IMG/VR virus record: IMGVR_UViG_3300031957_001682
Coordinates: 1-64,000 of that record
DNA length: 64,000 nt
Direction: 5' to 3' (one strand)
Origin: a virus
Every line of letters starts with the position of its first letter. Positions within the stretch are counted from its first letter, which is position 1. Below, one piece after another: positions 58,392 through 64,000 of this stretch. The position numbers were made by a program, and so were the translations under genes. A model generated the notes under the pieces. The model did not search any database. It was given only the letters and a program-made list of their open reading frames with translations, and was not told where the DNA came from.

Positions 58392-60593
58392 TCACCCCAT
58401 GTTTGTTTTTATGACTTTGATAATCTTAGCATCAACATTGTAGGACTTAGCGATGTTGTGCCAATCTCCCATTGTTTGATTGATTGTCACGACCTCACTT
58501 GCGGTTAGCCCGACATGTTTCGCCAGTGCGTGTGGATTGTTAAGATTACTGTTAATTTTAATCCCCTCGAATCCGGCTTCTTCTTGTTGCATTCGCTCTA
58601 ATGCTTTCATCACTCGGTCCATTACCGGTAGGTGTGCATCTTCGCTTCTTAGGTACTGGTCAAGTAATTGCTGTCTTGGGTCGGAAAGTGATTGTTGCGC
58701 CCTTCTTTCAATCGGTGTTAAAAATTCATCCGGTGCTGGACTTGCTCGACCTCCACCACCAGCAACCATCATTTCTCTAAATTGCTGTGGTGTTTGATTT
58801 GCAATCTGTGGTCTAACTTGCTGGAACCGTGGGTCAAGAGGCGTAGCCGGTGGGCCTTGTGGTCTTACCGCTACAGGAGGAAGAGGTGCCGCACCGGAGG
58901 GAGGTGGTGAAGAAACCGGAACCTGCGAAAGAGCGGAAGCAGGGGATTCCGGTGCGACTGTATCACCACTTGGGCGAATTGGCATGGCTGTACTTTCTGC
59001 AAAGTCTTCCATAGGGTGTAGGTATGCATCCATGTGAGGGTCGAGTGTGGCATCAACTCCTTCTTCGGGATAATCTAAAAATTGCATATTTTTTGCTGGT
59101 TCTGTTTTTATGTCACCAATGGGCATTTTTACTGGCAAACCCTGTGATTCTGCTTGGTGGTCGGCTAATGCTTCGATAATACCACGAAAACGCTCGACTT
59201 GACCCATAAGCCGCTCATCGTATCGTACACCAAATGCGTTTAACTGCTCACTGTCAATTGAATGATTACTCAAATTACTTCGCTCGGAGTCATCATCACT
59301 TAGACCGGACCTGTGAGCGAGTGCCATAAGACGGGCGGCAGTGGTGTCTTTTCCTTTGCTACCACCCCTACCGGGTTTGAAATGACGACTTTGTTCATCA
59401 TAGGACAAACCTTCTTCTCCTTCACCATAGATACCCATGAGGCTATTGAAATGCTTGTTAAAATCACCTTGACCCGGCCTACCAAACAAATACATCATTG
59501 CTGGTACATTTGCCATATCTTGAATTAAACTTCTTCGTAGTTCACTATCTTGAAGAATGACACGAAGTGGGCGTTGAATCATTTCGGGACTCGCTAAAGT
59601 GCCCACATTGATTGTAGCGGGTACATCGGGAATTGCATCTATGTTGCCCAAAGCGTTTGTAATGGCCCTTTCAGCCATTTGATATAATCCATTTTTGTGT
59701 TCCCAACTACCTTTTTTTCCGGCTTTTTGTCCACTTGCTTTTGTGTTAGGATAAAAGAAAATGTCCGGTAGGTGGTGAGTAGTTGATTCAGTGTGTACCG
59801 CAGTTTGTTCACTGAAATAATCATCGGGTGCCCTTGACATGTGTTGTGTGCTTATTTGATTCGGATGTTCTTGATATGAAGCATCAACTCGACCTTTAGG
59901 TGCTGTTTCACGAGCGTAAATGTAAGGTCTTTTTACAAAAGTTAAATCCGATGATACTTCAAATGGAACTCCATGTTCTCTTTCAAGAATTTGACCAAGT
60001 TCGTGATTAAAAGGAATAGAATATGATTCAATAAAACGACCCATTGGGGTATAGTTTTTGTCACCGGGGGTGAAATTTTTGTTAGTGTAAGTGGTAATCA
60101 AAGAACCATTTTTGGTTTTTGTTGGGCGTTCGGAGTGGCCTTCTGTGCTGTCACCCGGAGGTAGCATTCCAGCCCTAATTTTTCTCCACGCCATGTTGTC
60201 AAAAGGTGGTAATGCGTGCATTCCATTATTCTTATCATCATCACCTTTGTGACTTGTATGGTTTTGATTAAACAATTGAATTGCTTTGTTAATCAAATCG
60301 ACAGGATGTGCTTTGATACCATGTTTTTCTAAAAACCACCCTAAGCGTGTAGCCGCCGCATCAATACCGTGTTGATAACTTCCCATTGGTGTGTTGTAGT
60401 GTAGTTCACCGTGGTCACCCGGAGCAAACTCACCTTCAAGAATTTCTCCTTGAGCATGTGCAAAGGCGGGTACATCTTCTTCTGTAGGTGGTCGAAACGC
60501 TGTTGCCGGTGGGTTGCGAATCATTGCCGCACCCTGTGGGGTAAAATGCTTCATTCCCCATGCTTTAATCAATGGAAAACGAACAGGTATCAT
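58392..60593 (-). CDS. 733-aa hypothetical (putative internal virion) protein
   Basis: Long coupled ORF, FPLIKA start, Pro-rich linker, short helical C-terminal domain. Confidence 0.7.
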   Translation of the reverse strand: MIPVRFPLIKAWGMKHFTPQGAAMIRNPPATAFRPPTEEDVPAFAHAQGEILEGEFAPGDHGELHYNTPMGSYQHGIDAAATRLGWFLEKHGIKAHPVDLINKAIQLFNQNHTSHKGDDDKNNGMHALPPFDNMAWRKIRAGMLPPGDSTEGHSERPTKTKNGSLITTYTNKNFTPGDKNYTPMGRFIESYSIPFNHELGQILEREHGVPFEVSSDLTFVKRPYIYARETAPKGRVDASYQEHPNQISTQHMSRAPDDYFSEQTAVHTESTTHHLPDIFFYPNTKASGQKAGKKGSWEHKNGLYQMAERAITNALGNIDAIPDVPATINVGTLASPEMIQRPLRVILQDSELRRSLIQDMANVPAMMYLFGRPGQGDFNKHFNSLMGIYGEGEEGLSYDEQSRHFKPGRGGSKGKDTTAARLMALAHRSGLSDDDSERSNLSNHSIDSEQLNAFGVRYDERLMGQVERFRGIIEALADHQAESQGLPVKMPIGDIKTEPAKNMQFLDYPEEGVDATLDPHMDAYLHPMEDFAESTAMPIRPSGDTVAPESPASALSQVPVSSPPPSGAAPLPPVAVRPQGPPATPLDPRFQQVRPQIANQTPQQFREMMVAGGGGRASPAPDEFLTPIERRAQQSLSDPRQQLLDQYLRSEDAHLPVMDRVMKALERMQQEEAGFEGIKINSNLNNPHALAKHVGLTASEVVTINQTMGDWHNIAKSYNVDAKIIKVIKTNMG

Positions 60594-62257
60594 CCCATGT
60601 GCCCCCGCTTTGAAGTAAGATAACCAGCGGGGTCAAGTCCTAAACGACTTGAATTGGTTTCAAGATTTTGAGTAGGACCGTCATTCTTCTCATCTTCATC
60701 TTCATTCTGTTGCACACCGGCTGGATGCGCTGGCACTGCCCCTTCTTCAAAAGCCGACGCTGTACCCGCTTTTTTCATATTGGCTTTTTTTCTTTGAAGT
60801 TCAATTAACTGCCTCATCAATTGAAGCATTTCAACACGATTAGCGTGACGATTACCTTTGAGTAAATCACTTTCAGTACGCTCTTCACTCATCATCATTG
60901 TTGACGATGGTGCTGGCATACTCGGAACGCTACTCATCGGTGGAGCCATCTGTGGCATTTGTGGCATGGCTGGCACACGAGGCATACGAGGCACACGAGG
61001 CATACGAGGGCGGCGCATTCTTCGGAGAGAAGGCTGTCGCATTTGTCCCGATTGACCCGGTAATAGACCAGTTAAACGCCCAGCACCAGTTGGTCCAGCA
61101 GTAAACGACCTTGCGCTGTGACGAGCGTGTGGAGAATATGTGTTGCGAACACCACCAAGAATTTTTTGTGATTCTTGCTGGCCCATGTATTGACGGTATT
61201 TTTGTGGGTCTTTACTCATGGGTTGCTTAGTCGCAATACCACGGTGACTCATTTCAACAGACAAGTGAGGCTTCATCAAACCTGTTTTCTTTCCACCCTT
61301 GATACCACGCATTCTTGCTTTAAATCGCTTCATGGTTGCACCAACACCACCGCTTTGCCCACCCGGTGGTTTCTTGAATTGTCCAGTTGAAGGGCGGAAC
61401 TCTCTTCGTTTTTCACGGCGACGACGAGCCTCTATTGTACCCATTGTGTCACGCTTAAGTAGTGTACTCCAAGCATCAGCCATTGGTTCACTCATGGTAA
61501 AACTTGTTTCATCATTAAACGGTACATCAGTAAAATCACGATATTTACCTTCTATATCATCAAACGGAGGTTGTGCATCATCAACTTGAAAATTATGTAA
61601 ATCATATAATTTCTCAAAAAAATCTTCACGAGATGTAGCACTTGCTAAGTGGTTTATGTCGGGTTGTTGGAAATCATCTGCAAGACCCTCATACAAATGG
61701 GGGTTATCTATCTGTTCTTGAATCCAATTATACCATTCGGGGTGAACATCATTACGATTTGGCATTTTGTAATCGTGTTTGTATTGATTTTCACCGGGAT
61801 GAACCGTAGGTTCTTCTTTCAACAATGTACTCCAAGCACCATCCATCGGCTCGCCTGTTCTTACGGCTGAATTACCCGTACCCATCGCTGAACCTGTACC
61901 TGTCTTTGCACCTGTGGCTAAATCGAGTAAATGTCCACGACTACCAGCCGGTCCACCTTGAAGCCCTATCTCACGCTCATCATCACGCTTGTTACCGTCA
62001 TCAAGACCGGGTTCTGTTTCCAATCCCGCCCCTTGACCTAACCCTTGAGATGGTTTAATTTTGATGTGTTTGATTTCTTTGGCCTTTTTCTTAGCCTCTT
62101 CTTCTTTGAGTTTTTTTGCTTCTGCCCGCTTTTCATTATCTTCGGGTGAAGTAGGGTTGTATTTACCCTCATCTTCATTAGCAGAAGAATACATGTGAGA
62201 TGATTCACTACGGGGTGCATACATGCGTGTGTCCGAACCTCGACCCATAACCATCAT
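60590..62257 (-). CDS. 555-aa mosaic, largely disordered protein with two AW..LK tags
   Basis: EPMDGAWSTLLK and EPMADAWSTLLK bracket an acidic block; highly basic block and PR[M/V] repeats follow. Confidence 0.75.
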   Translation of the reverse strand: MMVMGRGSDTRMYAPRSESSHMYSSANEDEGKYNPTSPEDNEKRAEAKKLKEEEAKKKAKEIKHIKIKPSQGLGQGAGLETEPGLDDGNKRDDEREIGLQGGPAGSRGHLLDLATGAKTGTGSAMGTGNSAVRTGEPMDGAWSTLLKEEPTVHPGENQYKHDYKMPNRNDVHPEWYNWIQEQIDNPHLYEGLADDFQQPDINHLASATSREDFFEKLYDLHNFQVDDAQPPFDDIEGKYRDFTDVPFNDETSFTMSEPMADAWSTLLKRDTMGTIEARRRREKRREFRPSTGQFKKPPGGQSGGVGATMKRFKARMRGIKGGKKTGLMKPHLSVEMSHRGIATKQPMSKDPQKYRQYMGQQESQKILGGVRNTYSPHARHSARSFTAGPTGAGRLTGLLPGQSGQMRQPSLRRMRRPRMPRVPRMPRVPAMPQMPQMAPPMSSVPSMPAPSSTMMMSEERTESDLLKGNRHANRVEMLQLMRQLIELQRKKANMKKAGTASAFEEGAVPAHPAGVQQNEDEDEKNDGPTQNLETNSSRLGLDPAGYLTSKRGHMG

Positions 62258-62934
62258 TCCACCCCCATGTTTGCTTCAAGTTGCTTTTTAATTCGAGTCC
62301 ATGTTTCCGGGCTTTCTTTACTTAATTCGATTGACAACACATTGATTGTTTGATTAATTTGTTGTCCGTCGCTTTGTGCGCCCCATTGGTCTTGGAACCG
62401 AAGTAGGTCTTTGACTGTTTCTCGCACTTCTTTATGCAATATAACAGCATCCCTTACGAAGCCATCTTCGTGTACACTCCCCTCATCAAGTAATTCGGAA
62501 AGTTTATGATTTAATTTTTGAGCGTTTGAGCGTAGTAATTCAATTTCTCGACCTGCTGTAAGTGCTACTTCTAACGCCGCTGTTTTTTGCACCAGCGGTT
62601 GAAAGTGATTTTTCATGTGACTATACACTACACTTTCACTTATTTCAAGAGCCGTAGCAATGGCATCAGTAGTTCCTCCATTGTTAAAATACTCAAATTC
62701 GTATTCAGCCCGATTAGGTGAAGCACATACAGGGCAAGATGGATTTGCCGCCATGTGGTATTCACCCATGTGATTACGATAATGACGGTCAGCGGTATTG
62801 GCTCGCCATCCCATGTTTTTATCCATTTCTTTAGGTGTGATGTGACCTTGTAAGAGTTGTTCTTCTAACTCATCACGGTCTTCATGAATGCACATTCGGC
62901 AAGAGCGTTTGACAACTTTATCACCGCCCTCCAT
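62254..62934 (-). CDS. tandem CxxC..H..H Zn/HTH protein with coiled coil; candidate terminase small subunit
   Basis: CRMC...HYRNHM and CPVC...HMKNHF duplicated domains; first gene of the packaging/head operon. Confidence 0.5.
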   Translation of the reverse strand: MEGGDKVVKRSCRMCIHEDRDELEEQLLQGHITPKEMDKNMGWRANTADRHYRNHMGEYHMAANPSCPVCASPNRAEYEFEYFNNGGTTDAIATALEISESVVYSHMKNHFQPLVQKTAALEVALTAGREIELLRSNAQKLNHKLSELLDEGSVHEDGFVRDAVILHKEVRETVKDLLRFQDQWGAQSDGQQINQTINVLSIELSKESPETWTRIKKQLEANMGVE

Positions 62935-62994
62935 GACAGTGCTACGAGTTGCCTTTAGAAAACTGTTATGGTAAATGTAGTGTTCGCAAAAAAC

Positions 62995-63285
62995 ATGTGG
63001 AGGGTAAAAAGAGTAGCAGGTGTGCCGCTTAACAAAGAAAGTATTCGTAGCCTTACACAAGCCGCTAAGGATGTTGTAAAAGGTGAATACGCACCTACAA
63101 ATTTAGTGAAAGAAAGACTTCGTATATGTGGCACTTGTCCTCACGGTGGTACAAAATGCTCACTTTGTGGTTGTTTTTTGAAGTCTAAAACAGCATTGCT
63201 TAACTCGCAATGCCCAATACACAAATGGCCGTCAGCGAGTGATACGGGAATAAACACCAGTGAGCATAAGGAAACTACCAAATAA
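62995..63285 (+). CDS. small Cys-rich protein (RLRICxxC..CxxCGCF..K....CP..KW family)
   Basis: Conserved Cys pattern common in phages; divergent from the head operon. Confidence 0.7.
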   Translation: MWRVKRVAGVPLNKESIRSLTQAAKDVVKGEYAPTNLVKERLRICGTCPHGGTKCSLCGCFLKSKTALLNSQCPIHKWPSASDTGINTSEHKETTK

Positions 63286-63483
63286 TCCTACAAGGTAATA
63301 AGAAACGCTGGCTGAATCCATTGTTCCTCCTTTAAAAATTAAAATCATAAGCATAGTCACAATAATAGAAATTAGTTGCACCATTACCATATCAATTATA
63401 ATGCTTCGATTTGGATTTAACATATCGAGTGTAGTAGCGGCAAAGGAAGTTGGAATGTACCCTGTATAATCATATTCTTTCAT
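63232..63483 (-). CDS. small membrane protein, two transmembrane helices
   Basis: Two long hydrophobic stretches; GAGGTGA SD. Confidence 0.7.
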   Translation of the reverse strand: MKEYDYTGYIPTSFAATTLDMLNPNRSIIIDMVMVQLISIIVTMLMILIFKGGTMDSASVSYYLVGLFGSFLMLTGVYSRITR

Positions 63484-63487
63484 AATA

Positions 63488-63997
63488 TCACCTCATACCA
63501 ATAAAACTGCGACCAAGACTACCAAGCCCTCCGCCGACTTTTTCCATTACACCTTCATTAGCAAGAGCCGCTGAAAGCGCACCACCCATCATAGACTGTT
63601 GAGCGAAAGTTGACAGTTGTTGTTGTTCCATTTCTGTTTGACTTACTTTCTGTGTAGCGGCGGCTTGAAGATTGGTAAATTGTCCCGTCACATTTTCTGC
63701 GCTCATAGTTTGCAAATTTGATGGAAGTGAAGTCACATCCATTTTCATTGTACCACTTTCTTCGTCAATAGTAAAAGTAGCATTACGAAGAACTTCAAGA
63801 ACACTGAAACTCACAAGGTTGCTAAACATTTCAACAAGAGTTCCCATTTGTGGGCTGGCAACATATCGCTCAATAGGAGTAATACCTCGTAAAAGCATAA
63901 TTTGAATTTCAAGTTCACTTGGAGGTGCTACCGGTTGTTGAGTAAATTGATTTTGTTGACCACCAAACATTCCTTGCATAATAGGGGCTTGACTCAC
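63488..63997 (-). CDS. hypothetical Gln/Met/Gly-rich protein (may extend beyond the window)
   Basis: 169-aa ORF at window edge. Confidence 0.6.
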   Translation of the reverse strand: MSQAPIMQGMFGGQQNQFTQQPVAPPSELEIQIMLLRGITPIERYVASPQMGTLVEMFSNLVSFSVLEVLRNATFTIDEESGTMKMDVTSLPSNLQTMSAENVTGQFTNLQAAATQKVSQTEMEQQQLSTFAQQSMMGGALSAALANEGVMEKVGGGLGSLGRSFIGMR

Positions 63998-64000
63998 ACC

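Noticed and set aside
1-64000. tRNA, rRNA, integrase or transposase
   Set aside because: Intergenic gaps are very short and none was recognised by eye; tRNAscan-SE/Infernal would be needed to exclude small RNAs

Overview
This window looks like part of a tailed (Caudoviricetes, HK97-fold) archaeal virus genome. Gene content and order match what I know of the marine Group II Euryarchaeota (Poseidoniales) viruses ('magroviruses'); that assignment is an inference, not a database result. A short + strand replication/chaperone block (1-6948) encodes a Cas4-like PD-(D/E)XK nuclease, a fused PriS-PriL primase, a winged-HTH protein, an ERCC4/XPF nuclease, an AAA+/MCM-like helicase, a DEDD exonuclease and a group II chaperonin. 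It converges on a ~56 kb - strand morphogenesis block: terminase, portal, prohead protease/scaffold, major capsid protein, neck, tail tube, tail chaperones, a short tape measure and a 6359-aa LamG-bearing giant protein. Archaeal GAGGTGA/GGTGA Shine-Dalgarno sites recur. The most striking unexplained structure is a short peptide tag, [M/F]-x-x-A-W-x-x-(x)-L-K (and a shorter hydrophobic-hydrophobic-K-[A/S/G/D/E] form). It sits at the N-terminus or at domain junctions of many unrelated proteins in the head region. It precedes ADP-ribosyltransferase-like, ParB-like, Zn-ribbon, LAGLIDADG and ligase-fold domains, and some tagged units are flanked by short DNA direct repeats. I infer a plug-in system of capsid-targeted, protease-processed cargo cassettes. 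Other observations: a ligase fold lacking its canonical catalytic residues, a mobile ~65-80 aa beta module (one copy nested inside another) in tail proteins, and a probable -1 frameshift in the tail chaperone. All family assignments come from motif recognition by eye; no searches were run.
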